Of a stretch of 64,000 bases of DNA, positions 1 through 18,501 are shown one piece after another. How positions within the stretch are numbered: the first letter of the stretch is position 1; each line of letters starts with the position of its first letter. This DNA comes from the human T2T-CHM13v2.0 reference genome, Homo sapiens: NCBI RefSeq assembly GCF_009914755.1, contig NC_060931.1; one strand, written 5' to 3'. The position numbers and the translations under genes are program-made. The notes beneath the pieces were generated by a model, which worked only from the letters and a program-made list of their open reading frames with translations, made no database searches and was not told the origin of the DNA.

Positions 1-885
1 ACTGTACTCCAGCCTGGGCGACAGAGCGAGACTCCATCTCAAAAAAAAAAAAAATTCCATCTCCCCAAGGACAGGGGCAGATGGGAATACGGTCCCCTCA
101 CTGAGTAGCCCACCTTGGAGGGAAGCACGCCCATTTGCACATAACACAGGGTCACTTTAAACTTCGCAGAAGCTTCCAGGAGTGTCCCTCCTTTCCTATC
201 TAGCCAAGGAAGGAAGGCTAACCGTGCACATGCCGTCCTGAGATAAGAAACTGCACACACAGAGACACTCCCCAGACTCTGAAGAGCTGAAAATGCAATT
301 TCAAATCTCCTTTTGGTGCAAAACACGGGCACTAAGTGGCCGGTTCTTGAAAGACAGGTCCACCCCCAGCCTGGACTGGAATTTCTCAGGAGCTGGGAGG
401 TGAAATTTCGGTCCTGAAGATAATGAACTGTGCCCAGTAATGAATATCATCTGACTCTCCTTGACAGCTTTGGCCAGAGAGCTGCTTTTGGCTTTTGGCT
501 GAGAGTGAGGTTCCCAGACAAGCCTTGCTGTTCCTGCAGACGCCGGAGGGTCTGGGTGCTCCTTCCTGCTGTGCTGCCGGTGGGTCACCGAAACAGCTGG
601 ACTCAACAGAGCACCGGGCTGAGCCAGCAGCACTCAGGCCTCAGAAACAGCTGGAGGCAGGGGAGCTCTTCTGCTGATCAACCGCAGTGCCCTCTGTTAG
701 GAGCAGACACTGAGGCAAGAAAACGGATTTCACCCTAAAGGCACCTCCCTCTGGGTAAATCCAACGGGACTTGGGGCATGAATACCAAGGCAGTCAGTCC
801 AGATAGTCCTACAAAATTATCTTAGGAACCTCAGGTTTTCCCCCAACATTTTGTATTTTTGTTTGTTTGTTTGTTTTTGAGATAA

Positions 886-1260
<375 letters not shown>

Positions 1261-2834
1261 TAACCACCATCCAGGCCAAGAATTAAAGACAGCCAGACTA
1301 GGCACGGTGGCTCACACCAGTAATCCCAGCACTTTGGGAGGCCGAAGCAGGAGAACTGCTTGAGCCCAGGAGTTCAAGAACAGCCTCAGCAACGTAGTGA
1401 GTCCCTGTCTCTACAAAATAAAAAATAAAGACAGCGGCACCCTGGAAACGCTCCTTCTGGTTGCATCCCTGACAGATCTGGGTGCCTTCTTCCCGCCAGA
1501 GGGAACTACCAGCCTAATTGGTACGGCATCTTCCTCGATTTTCATTCAGTCTTATCCCTTATCAGGCTCTGTAGGGTCTCCCAAAGCATTGGGATTACAG
1601 GCATGAGCCACTGTGCCCAACCCGGGACAAGTCATTTTTTTGTTTGTTTTTTGTTTTTGAGACAGTCTTGTTCTGTCGCCCAGGCTGGAGTGCAGTGGCG
1701 CGATCTCAGCTCACTGCAACCTCGAGCAATTCTCCTTCCTCAGGCTCCCGAGTAGCTGGGATTACAGGCGCATGCCACCAAGCCTGGCTAATTTTTGTAT
1801 TTTTTTTTAGTAGAGACGGGGTTTCACCATGTTGGCCAGGCTGTAATCCAGCCACCTCAGCCTCCCAAAGTGCTGGGATTACAGGCGTGAGCCACCGTGC
1901 CCAGCCTCCGGGACAAATTTTAATATGGATTCCATTTAACAAATCATTTTCTGGAAAACATGTGGCAAGAATATCTCTAACTGAAATTTTTTTTAACTGA
2001 AATTTTATCATATTAGCACTTTCGAAGCACAACTTTATATTCCTTAATGCACTATTATACAGACACTAGGTAGAAAATTACGAAAACTAGCAGTGTAGAA
2101 AAATGTCAAGTGAAAGGAACTAACTATAAAGACGCATATTCACTATGATGATAACTACATACAAAGCAATGCACAGGAAAAAAGGAAATATATTAAAATG
2201 CAACGGCTGTTAAAAGGGGTGGAACTACAGGTGATTTGTCTATGAAATTTTTGCGATTGTGGTTGTATCACTTGTATAACAAAATTTTCTGAAAGCACCA
2301 ATTCACACAACAACAGCGCATTACTGGGTCTGATGACAACTCACTCATCAGGCTCCTGGTGGACACCCGCACAAATCAGGTTTTGGAAGATTCCTGGAAA
2401 ATAACGTAACTGGGCTTCTTGAAAGATATTACCTAACCTGAGTTTCTCCGGCCCCTACAGTACTTCCTGGGGTTAATCAAACTTTGTGTAATTTCACTTC
2501 AGATTTCCATAACACACAAACTTCAAAATGCTTATAGGGAGCTAAAAAGACCCCCATTAAACCCCTGCTACACACAACAGAAACAGCAAAGTGCCTCCTC
2601 CCACCCAGTCAACAGAAAACAGCAGGAAGGGCAGACCAGATCCTCCCGGAGCTGAACACACACCCCTCCTCAGTCCTCCCAAAAGGGACCCTACCTGATA
2701 TTTTAATGCCAATATTTTCCCAAAAACACTTCTCACAAAGCACTTCTGCCCTTTAAGTCTGGTTATGTGATTTTTTTTTTTTTGGTGATTCTATAGTAGA
2801 AATATGCAGAGCGTGGCCGCGCTCCAGTTTCTCA

Positions 2835-3313
<479 letters not shown>

Positions 3314-3533
3314 TCACCCCCGGTCTCTTCCCACTACCCCAGCAAACAGGATGGGCAAACATCTCTTTTTGTGATGCTTTTCTCAGGAAAGACAAAATAA
3401 TACCAAAACAGAATTCCCCTACCCGGAACACATCACTTTCTTGCTAACCACAAATTCTGGCAAAATCTGTTCTACATAACAGTGATTCAGTTAGTTCCTC
3501 TTTCTTCAAATTGACACGTTTTACCTTGCAAAT

Positions 3534-3585
3534 TGTGTATGTGTGCGTGTGTGTGTGTGTGAGAGAGAGACAGAGAGAGAGAGAG
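3534..3585. repeat. (GT)n(GA)n compound microsatellite
   Basis: gtgtgcgtgtgtgtgtgtgtgagagagagacagagagagagaga. Confidence 0.9.
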
Positions 3586-4903
3586 GATGAGCAAGTTTAA
3601 AGACCAGTAACAAAATATATTTGCAGTGTTGTCAAGTCTTATCACATAAGAAATATAATACAAAAATTTATAAAAATGTAATTCTATTCAAATATTTGAG
3701 ACTCTGCTACATAGCACATAGTATTCTAGATACTGTGGTTAAAGAAAAATAGGTTTCTGTTTTCTGGAGAGAGCCAGAATTAAAAAAAGAAAAAAGTAAC
3801 AAAACTATATAAACAAAATAAACTTGTAAAAAAAATAAAAATAAGTTTGCTCATCAGGAGTTTACTACCAAAATATGTGTCATGGCCAGTCACGGTGGCT
3901 CACACCTGTAATCCCAGCACTTTGGGAGGCTGCAGCGGGCGGATCACCTGAAGTCAGGAGTTCGAGACCAGCCTGGTCAACATGGTAAAACCCCGACTCT
4001 ACTAAAAATACAAAAATTAGCTGGGCATGGTGGCACACGCCTGTAATCCCAACTACGGGGGAGACTGAGGCAGGAGTCACTTGAACCTAGGAGATGGAGG
4101 TTGCAGTGAGGCTAGATGGCACCACTGCACTCCAGCCTGGGCAACAGAGTGAGACTCTGTCTCAAAAAAAAAAAAAAAAAAAAGGGGTCATGGAAGGGAG
4201 CGAAATGGGGCAGAAGGTTTTGTCCCTAATGCAAACAATACTGTGGGGCATAATTTAATCACCATAAAATGAACAAATTTTTTTTTTTTTTTTTTTTTGA
4301 GCTGGAGTCTTGTTCTGTCAACCAGGCTGCAGCGCGGCACCATCTCGGCTCACTACAACCTCTACAACCTCTGCCTCCCAGGTTAACGCAATTCTCCCAC
4401 CTCAGCCTCCCGAGTAGCTGGGATTACAGGCACTCGCCATTATGCCCAGCTAATTATTGGATTTTTGTACAGACGGGGTTTCACCATGTTGGCCAGGCTG
4501 GTCTTGAATTCCTGACCTCAGGTGATCCGCCCACCTCGGCCTCCCAAAGTGCTGGGATTACAGGCGTGAACCACCAGGCCCAGACACAAATCTTTTTTTT
4601 AAATAGGGATGGGGTCTCACTCTATTGCCCAGGCTGGCCTCAAACTCCTGGCCTGAAGTGATCCTCCTGCCTTAACCTCCCAAAGTGTTAGGATTACAGG
4701 TGTGAGCCACCACACCCTGCTCAAAATGTATAAATAGGCCCAGTGGGGTGGCTCACCCCTGTAATCCCAGCACTTTGGGAGGCCAAAGCAAGTGGATCAC
4801 ATGAGGTCAGGAGTTTGAGATCATCCTTCCTGGCCAACATGGCGAAACTTCGTCTCTACTAAAAATACAAAAATTAGCCAGGTGTGGTGGCACACGCCTG
4901 TAA

Positions 4904-5284
<381 letters not shown>

Positions 5285-7153
5285 TCACACAGAGAACAGA
5301 CCTGACATGAGCGAGCAGCTGCAGGTAAGGGCTGATGGGAGCCCAGGGTGCATGGAAGTCGCCCAGGCAAGAGGGGAAGGCTCGGGGCAGGGGTGAAGGA
5401 GCCCCGAGGGTCAGCAAAGGCCCTGGACCTGCCTCAATGACACTCAAGGAGTCATCGCCAGGTCAACGCAGACAAACAGCACGGAGCTTCCGAACCGAAT
5501 GGAATGTATGGAATGCCATGGGATGAGCCGCAAGTGAAGCGTGACTCACCCTCGTTCTAAAGAGTCAATGTAGGGCCGCAGGACTGTATACGGCAGAGCC
5601 AGGATACGCCGTGGTCATCTGTACATATTTCTATCCATGTATTAATCGATCCCGAGAAATCAGGCTGGACGACCAAGCACACTTACCACACTCACTGCCG
5701 TTCTCGCTGGATGTCACAATCATTGAGCTTCATGACCTAAGAACAGGCCCTGAAAAAAACCCTTATCCTGCATAGTCAGAGGACAGAATGTTCCGGTCAA
5801 TCAGATATTTTGACAGGAATAGTTTCAATATAAAATCCAGCCAGGCTCGGTGCCTCATGCCTGAAATCCCAGCACTTTGGGAGGCCCGGGTGGGAGGATT
5901 GCTTGAGGCCAGGAGTTCCACACCAGCCTGGGCAACACAGCCAGACTGTCTCTACAAAAAATTTTAAAAATTGGCCAGGCGTGGCTGGGCGCAGTGGTTC
6001 ACCCCTGTAGTCTCAGCACTTTGGTAGGCCGAGGCAGGCAGATCACGAGGTCAGGAGATCAAGACCAACCTGGCTAACACGGTGAAATGCCATCTCTACT
6101 AAAAATACAAAAAATTAGTCAGGTGTGGTGGCAGGCACCTGTAGTCCCAGCTACTCAGGAGGCTGAGGCAGAAAGAAGAATGGCGTCAACCCAGGAGGTG
6201 GAGCTTGCAGTGAGCCAAGATCGCACCACCGCACTCCAGCCTGGGCAAAAGAGTGGAAACTACGTCTCAAAAAAATAAATAAATAAAAATAAAAGAAACA
6301 AAAGAAAGCTAGAAAATATACTACGCTAGGGAAACATGAGCACACTTATATAAGGAAGTATATGTTTCCTGAGTACATATATGAATAAAATGTGAAAACA
6401 GAACTAAAACGGTCCATCCCAAACTGAGAACAATGGTCACCTCTCAGGTACAGACAGGAGATGATGGCAATTAGGATGGGACTTTCACTTAATCTACAAT
6501 GTTCTATTCTTTTTTAAAGAAAATACATTTGTCCATGTATGGCATAACTGAAAATTAAGTTTTTATAAAGAGGGTTGCCCTAGAGAGCATTCACAGCTTA
6601 AGCTTCAAAGAATTCAAATAGAATGAGACTCTTAATGTGGAAAAGTACAACAAGCACATTTTTTTCTGGCAACACCGAAGATGCAGGAGATTTCACAGTT
6701 CCCACATGAATACCACCAGTGGGCTCTGGCTGTGTGGCCAAAACTCTAGAGAAGAGGAAATTCACTGTATACCCGTAAGGCACAACCACTCCTTCAAACC
6801 AACCTTAGTGAACGTGTAAGTCACACACATAGTCTCCGGACAATATTCAGAGACTTAACTTTTTTCTTTGCTGTTTTTGTTTTTGTTTTCTTTTTTAAAA
6901 ATTTGAGACAGGATTTCGCTACGTTGTCCAGGCTGGTCTCTAGCGCCTGGGCTCGGGCGATCCTCCCTCCTCAGCCTCCCCAAGTGCTGTGATTTCAGAC
7001 GTGAGCCACAGTGCTTGGTCTCAAGGCTGAGGTTTTCTCACTCCAGCCCACCCAATCAGGGTCCCCATCAACACACATTCCCTTGACATTGCCCACTTTG
7101 GGCAAATTACTTACCTCTGGATTTTAGTTTTCTCAATGTAAAAAGACCTGCGA

Positions 7154-7557
<404 letters not shown>

Positions 7558-8374
7558 TTACAGGAAAGGGCACTGTGAAGCACTGCCTTGTCCCAGCAAC
7601 CCCCATCTGTGGATCCCATCAGCACTCCTGATGAAATCACCACTGCCCCCAGAAAAAGCCAACTACCTACAGGAATTCCAGGCCACACCAAAGGGAGGGC
7701 GGTCTCCCAGAGACACAGCTCCCTCAGGTGTACAGCGCTCAGACTATCTCTAAATTACACCATTATGGTAGCCTCTGGAGTCTACTTCTGTGAAGCCTGA
7801 AGGAAACACAGTCCCCTACACCTGCAGAGGACCCCTCCAGCAACGCCAAATTGCTTTACAAGCTGAGATAGCAGCAGCATTCCGATCCAATCACAGCCTA
7901 CCTGTTCCCAAGTGACCCCTCGGAAAGGGTCCCGCCTGAGACTCACGCTGGCCTCCAACATGTGACTTCATGGACACAATGTTCTAATCAGCGAGAACTA
8001 TCACGTGCCTCCCCTTACACTGATACAAGGGAAAGGAAAAAATAACTGAAGACCCATTCTGAAAGGCCCTTCTTTCTAGACACAGTCTTCACATCGAGGA
8101 TGCCCACCAAATGCAACAATCCCTCCCCTGCTCCCCGCTGCCGTTTCTCGCCGACGAAGAAACTGTCTACCAACCCTCCAGAGCTCACTTCAGTCATCAC
8201 CTCCTCAGCGACACCTTGCCAGACCTCCCCACAAGGGGATTCCCCAATCTTGTCCCCCCCCACCAAGAAGAAACCGTAACTCACACCAACACCCACCTAC
8301 ATCTCTTCTCTGGCAGCTAGGACCACAGGAAGGAACATCCAGAAATAAGGGGCACCCTCCTGTATTCCTTCTAA

Positions 8375-9257
<883 letters not shown>

Positions 9258-9309
9258 CTAAGGCGGAGGATCACTTGAAAGAGAGAGAAAAGCAGCTACA
9301 CATCTATAG

Positions 9310-9385
9310 ATTCGGTTCACAGATGAGAAAACAGAGGTCCCGAGAGGTGAAATTACTGGCCCAAGACCACACAACCGACAGGAGC
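9310..9385 (-). mobile_element. MIR core fragment
   Basis: TTCACAGATGAGAAAACAGAGGTCCCGAGAGGTGAAATTACTGGCCCAAGACCACAC matches the MIR core. Confidence 0.75.
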
Positions 9386-9399
9386 TTGGGAGAGAGGAT

Positions 9400-10250
9400 G
9401 TGGCTAGGAAAGGCGCCCAAGTCCGGGGAAGTGGCCCCCAGTGCCATCGCTCAGCGTGACCGGGCAGGGCAGAAGAGCAGGGCACCAGGAACGGGGCGAG
9501 GAGGAAACTGTCCCCGAGGACGCCTCTGAGAGCCCCGGGAAAGCGCCTCGGAACGCGGCCAGCTGTAACCTGGACAGGGCTCTCCCGGCGCAGGAGGGCA
9601 GGGGACCCCGAGGGACGGAGGCGCGAGAGAGCACGGGGACCCCCAAAGGACAGGCGCGCAGGAGGGCAGGGGGACCTCCGAGGGACTGGGGCGTGGGGCC
9701 GAACGCGGGGCGCGGGGGCAGGAAACGAGTCGGGGACCAAGCGCGGCGGCTGAGCCCCGTCCGCCGGGGGTGGTCGGGCCGCGCGCCCTGGGCAGGTGGG
9801 GGCTACCGCCGCCCCACGCCCTACCTGACGCCGGGGGATCCGCCTCCTCGTCAGCCTCCGCCTCAGCTGCCGCCCCGACTGCAGCCGCGGGCAGCGGGTC
9901 CATCGCGCGGCCAGTCATGTGAGCCCGCGCTCCCACGTGACTTCCTCCCGCGCCACCCGGCCGCGCAGCCCTGCCGCGCCGCGCCCTCGCCCCGCCCACA
10001 CCCCGCCTGGTCACGCCCCCTCCCCCGCGCGCCACGCCCACAGTCCGCCCCTGCGGGCCCGCCGCGCTCCTCGCCCGGCCTCGCCACGCCTACAACCCGC
10101 CTAGCCACGCCCACATGCCCCTCCCCGTCCACGTGGACACGGAGCCTGCTGGTGGCGCAGGTTACCTCCCCTCAGGTTGGACCTCCGGACTCGCAGGTGC
10201 ACTGCCTCAGGCGGAAGCCTGCACCCACCGCACCCTCATTCACTCCCATC
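9400..10250. promoter_or_regulatory. SNX8: CpG island / SNX8 promoter
   Basis: Very GC- and CpG-rich. GC boxes (CCCCGCCC, GCCACGCCC), E-boxes CACGTG at 9934-9939 and near 10130, and an ETS core ACTTCC next to the first E-box. Confidence 0.9.
9825..9918 (-). CDS. SNX8: SNX8 (sorting nexin 8) coding exon 1
   Basis: Translates MTGRAMDPLPAAAVGAAAEAEADEEADPPAS, which I recognise as the SNX8 N-terminus. 94 nt ending at the phase-1 donor TCAG|GTAGGG (GT at 9824-9823), inside a CpG island. Confidence 0.95.
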
Positions 10251-10319
10251 TCTCCTCGCCCAGTCACGCCCTTGTTCGCTCATTCACCGGTTACACTGGG
10301 GTTTTCTGACTCGCACTTC

Positions 10320-12330
10320 CTCATTCATCCACTCACCCACTCATTCGCTCACCCACGCACTGCATCCTGCATTCATTCATTCACCCACTCACTCACTGCA
10401 TCCTACATTCATTCATCCACTCACACACTCACTCACCGCATCCTGCATTCATCCAGCCACTCACTCACTCACTGCATCCTGCAATCATTCACCCACTCAC
10501 TCACTGCATCCTGCATTCATTCATTCACCCACTCACTCACTGCATCCTGCATTCATTCATTCACCCACTCACTCACTGCATCCTACATTCATTCATCCAC
10601 TCACACACTCACCGCATCCTGCATTCATCCAGCCACTCACTCACTGCATCCTGCATTCATTCATCCAGCCACTCACTCACTGCATCCTGCATTCATTCAT
10701 TCACCCACTCACTCACTGCATCCTGCATTCATTCATTCACCCACTCACGCACTGCATCCTGCATTCATTCACCCACTCACCCACTCACTCACTGCATCCT
10801 GCATTCATTCATTCACCCACTCACCCACTCACTCTCTGCATCCTGCATTCACTCATTCACTCACTTATTGCATCCTGCATTCATTCACCCACTCACCCAC
10901 TCACTCACTGCATCCTGCATTCATTCATCCACCCACTCACTCATGCACTGCATCCTGCATTCATTCATCCATTCACTCACTCACTCACTTACTGCTTCTT
11001 CATACGTTCATTCACCCACTCACTCACTGCATCCTGCATTCATTCATCCACCCACTCACTCATGCACTGCATCCTGCATTCATTCATCCATTCACTCACT
11101 CACTCACTTACTGCTTCTTCGTACATTCATTCACCCACTCACTCACTGCATCCTGCATTCATTCATTCACCAACCCACTCACTGCATTCTGCATTCATTC
11201 AGTCACTCACTCACTGCATCCTGCATTCATTCATTCACCCACTCACTCACTTACTGCATCCTACATTCATTCATTCACTCACTGCATCCTGCATTCATTC
11301 ATTCACCCACTCACTCACTTACTGCATCCTGCATTCATTCACTCACTCACTAACTGCATCCTGCATTCATTCACTCACTAACTGCATCCTGCATTCATTC
11401 ATCCACCCACTCACTCACTCACTGCATCCTGCATTCATTCATCCACTCACTCACTCACTGCTTCTTCATACATTCATTCACCCACACTCACTGCATCCTG
11501 CATTCATTCACCCACTCACTCACCCACTCACTGCATCCTGCATTCATTCATCTACCCACCCACTCACTCATGCACTTCATCCTGCATTCATTCACCCACT
11601 CACTCACTCACTGCATCCTGCTTTCATTCACGCAACCACTCACTCACTGCACCCTGCATTCATTCACCCACTCACTCACTGCATCCTGCATTCACTCACC
11701 CACCCACTCACTCACTGCATCCTGCATTCATTCATTCACCCACTCACTCACTCTGCATCCTGAATTCATTCACACAACCACTCACTCACTCACTCACTGC
11801 ATCCTGCATTCATTCACCCACCCACTCACTGCATCCTGCATTCATTCATTCACTCACTCACTCACTCATGCACTGCATCCTGCATTCATTCACGCCACCA
11901 CTCACTCACTGCATCCTGCATTCATTCACCCACTTACTCACTGCATCCTGCATTCATTCACCCACTCACTCACTCACTGCATCCTGCATTCATTCATTCA
12001 CCCACTCACTCACTCACGCACTGCATCCTGCATTCATTCACACAACCACTCACTCACTGCATCCTGCATTCATTCATTCATTCACCCACTCACTCACGCA
12101 CTGCATCCTGCATTCATTCACACAACCACTCACTCACTGCATCCTGCATTCATTCATTCACCCACTCACTGAGTCACTGCATCATGCATTCATTCATGCA
12201 ACCACTCACTCACTCACTGCATCCTGCATTCATTCATTCACCCACCCACTCACTCACTGCATCCTGCATTCATCCACCCACCCACTCACTCACTCACTCA
12301 CTGCATCCTGCATCTATCCACCCACCCACT
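10320..12330. repeat. Complex 2-kb tandem repeat: CATT/CACT/CATC/CACC tetramers punctuated by ACTGCATCCTGC
   Basis: Roughly 50 variable units of the type ACTGCATCCTGCATTCATTCATTCACCCACTCACTC. A higher-order ~119-bp duplication starts at 10907 and again at 11026. Confidence 0.95.
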
Positions 12331-12339
12331 GGCCCACTC

Positions 12340-12720
12340 AGGTTTGCTGGCTGCCACCAGGAGGTCAGGAAGCCCTGTGCTGGGTGCTGAGAATACAAAG
12401 ATGTTTCCTGTGCATTCCTTGATCTGGAGGAGGCACAGATGGCCAGAGTGGAGCAAGTGTGCTAACTGTTCCAAAACGGGAGCAAGGCTGTGCAACACAC
12501 CGCAGAAGAGGGTGAAGGGTGAAGGGCGATCCCTTCCCTACATGGGTGAAGGGATCCCTGGATGGGTGGTACCAGAGTTAGGGCTGGAGGAATAAGGAGT
12601 TAAGTAGGAGGAGGGCACGAAGGCTCTGAGACATCAGCTGCAGATGCTGTGGTCATTCCAGGCTAAAAGTGTGGGGTTTGGCATGGAGATTGGTAGGCCT
12701 GCATCAGGAAGGGCTTGTTT
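12340..12720 (-). mobile_element. LINE-2 3' end fragment
   Basis: CCCTGTGCTGGGTGCTGAGAATACAAAGATG resembles the L2 3'-end consensus read antisense; degenerate. Confidence 0.55.
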
Positions 12721-12742
12721 CCAAAGGAAGGATCCTGGACCT

Positions 12743-12783
<41 letters not shown>

Positions 12784-12829
12784 AGACAGAGTCTCACTCT
12801 GTTGCCTGGAGCGGAGGGCAGTGGCATGA

Positions 12830-13075
<246 letters not shown>

Positions 13076-13817
13076 TAACGCTGATGTCACACAATGTCCG
13101 GGGAGTTGATTACAGAACCAAGAGCCCAGAACCACGTCAGTTCCTAGGAAGCGTCCCCTTCTCACAAGGTAGTTACTTCCTCTGGCTATAGCTGCTGGAC
13201 CCTGCCTCGGTAACAGATGACTGCACCTAGGACGCCATAGGGTCCCCGCACACCAGGACCTCCATGCAAGCAGGCACACCATTGATGCTCTCTCCACCAT
13301 AACCTGGGAGGCCAAGGTTGCAGTGAGCCGAGATCGAGATGTCCTTCTGCTGATGGACATATAACAACTTTCCCTAGGCACAGTGGGACATGGCAGGATC
13401 CTGTGACCTCCCCCCATATCTGATAGCTGCTTCCTTCCTCCACCCTCACTTCCTTCCAGCTGCTGTTGCTGCCAAATAATGTACTCAGCACTTTCCCTGT
13501 GCCACGCACACATATATACTCTGCCCACTTCCTGATCATATTTTTATTAGAGGCAGGGTCTTGCTGTGTTGCCCAGGCTGGACTGTAGCTGCCCAATCAT
13601 AGCTCACTATAGCCTCAAACTCCTGGCCTCAATCAGTCCTCCCACCTCAGCCTCCCAAGTAGCTGGGACTAAGGCACAGGCCACCATGCCCAGCTGTTTC
13701 CTACGTATTTTTGGTCTCAAACTAGATTATAAAATATTTACTTATTAAATTTGTAGCCAGGCACAGTTGCTCACACCTGTAATCCCAGCACTTTGGGAGG
13801 CTGAGGCAGGCAGATCA

Positions 13818-14213
<396 letters not shown>

Positions 14214-14453
14214 TCAGCTGGGCACAGTGGCACATGCCTGTAATTCCAACACTTTGGGAGGTCGAGGCAGGAGGATCACTTGAGCCCAGGAATTCTAGAC
14301 CAACCTGGGCAACATAGTGAGACCCCATCTCTAAAAAAAAAAAAAAGCCAGGCACAATGGCACACACCTATAGTCCCAGCTACCCTGAAGGCCAAGGCAA
14401 GAGGATTGCTTGAGCCCAGGATGTCAAGGCTGTGGTGAGCTGTGATCGCATCA

Positions 14454-14987
<534 letters not shown>

Positions 14988-15112
14988 CTACTAAAAATAC
15001 AAAAATTAGCTAGGTGTGGGCCAGGCGCGGTGGCTCACGCCTGTAATCCCAGCACCTTGGGAGGCTGAGGTGGGCAGATCACAAGGTCAGGAGATCGAGA
15101 CCATCCTGGCTA

Positions 15113-15456
<344 letters not shown>

Positions 15457-15789
15457 CTACATCTCAAAACAAACAAACAAACAAACAAAAAACCGTAAAT
15501 CGTTATACAAGTATAAAAGTACAATAATACCTTTATTGTATTTTTACATTTTACATGTGAGGCCAGGCACATGGCTCACGCCTGTAATCCCAGCACTTTG
15601 GGAGCCTGAGGCAGGCGGATCACCTGAGATCGGGAGTTTGAGACCAGCCTGACCAACATGAAGAAACCCCCTCTCTACTAAAAATACAAAATTAGCCGGG
15701 CATGGTGTCATATGCCTGTAATCCCAGCTACTTTGGAGGCTGAGGCAGGAGATTTGCTTGAACCTGGGGGGCGGAGGTTGTGGGGGAGG

Positions 15790-16673
<884 letters not shown>

Positions 16674-16691
16674 CTACAGGTGGGAACGTGA

Positions 16692-17483
<792 letters not shown>

Positions 17484-17882
17484 TAGGCGTGAGCCACTGC
17501 GCCCGGCCTCGAATTTCTCAATTCTAAAACATTTTGCTTAGTAGCAAGAACCCAGTTATATCACGATGGTTAATCTGTTTTTTTGATTCACATGTAGTGC
17601 TTTTCATTTAGGAAAATGGGAACTAGCTGGGCAAATGGACAGAACTTAGCATGCAGAGCATCGGAGTCAGAATTTAACTACACAGGAGGACGTGCAGAAA
17701 GGACCTGCTAAGGACCTTTCAGAAACAGTTACTAAAATGCTGGTGTGGTGGCTCACGCCTATAATTGCAGTGCTTTGGGAGGCCAAGGCAGGAGAAGTGC
17801 TTCAGTCCAGGAGGTGGAAGCTACAGTGAGCTATGATTGTGCCACCGTATTCCAGCCTGGGCCACAGAGCAAGACCCCATCA

Positions 17883-18501
<619 letters not shown>

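Noticed and set aside
301-633. Minus-strand ORF containing DPPAS, resembling the end of SNX8 exon 1
   Set aside because: Five-residue match only, with no extended nucleotide similarity seen; probably chance.
9441-11381. 646-aa His/Ser/Thr-rich ORF as a novel protein-coding gene
   Set aside because: Non-ATG start, antisense to SNX8 exon 1, and open only because the GC-rich island and CATT repeat lack stop codons. Overlapping frames are similarly open.
10320-12330. CRISPR-like array (constant ACTGCATCCTGC with variable spacers) or HSATII/III satellite
   Set aside because: Spacers are themselves low-complexity tetramer repeats, there are no cas genes, and the context is human. Periodicity is 4 nt, not the CATTC pentamer of HSAT2/3.
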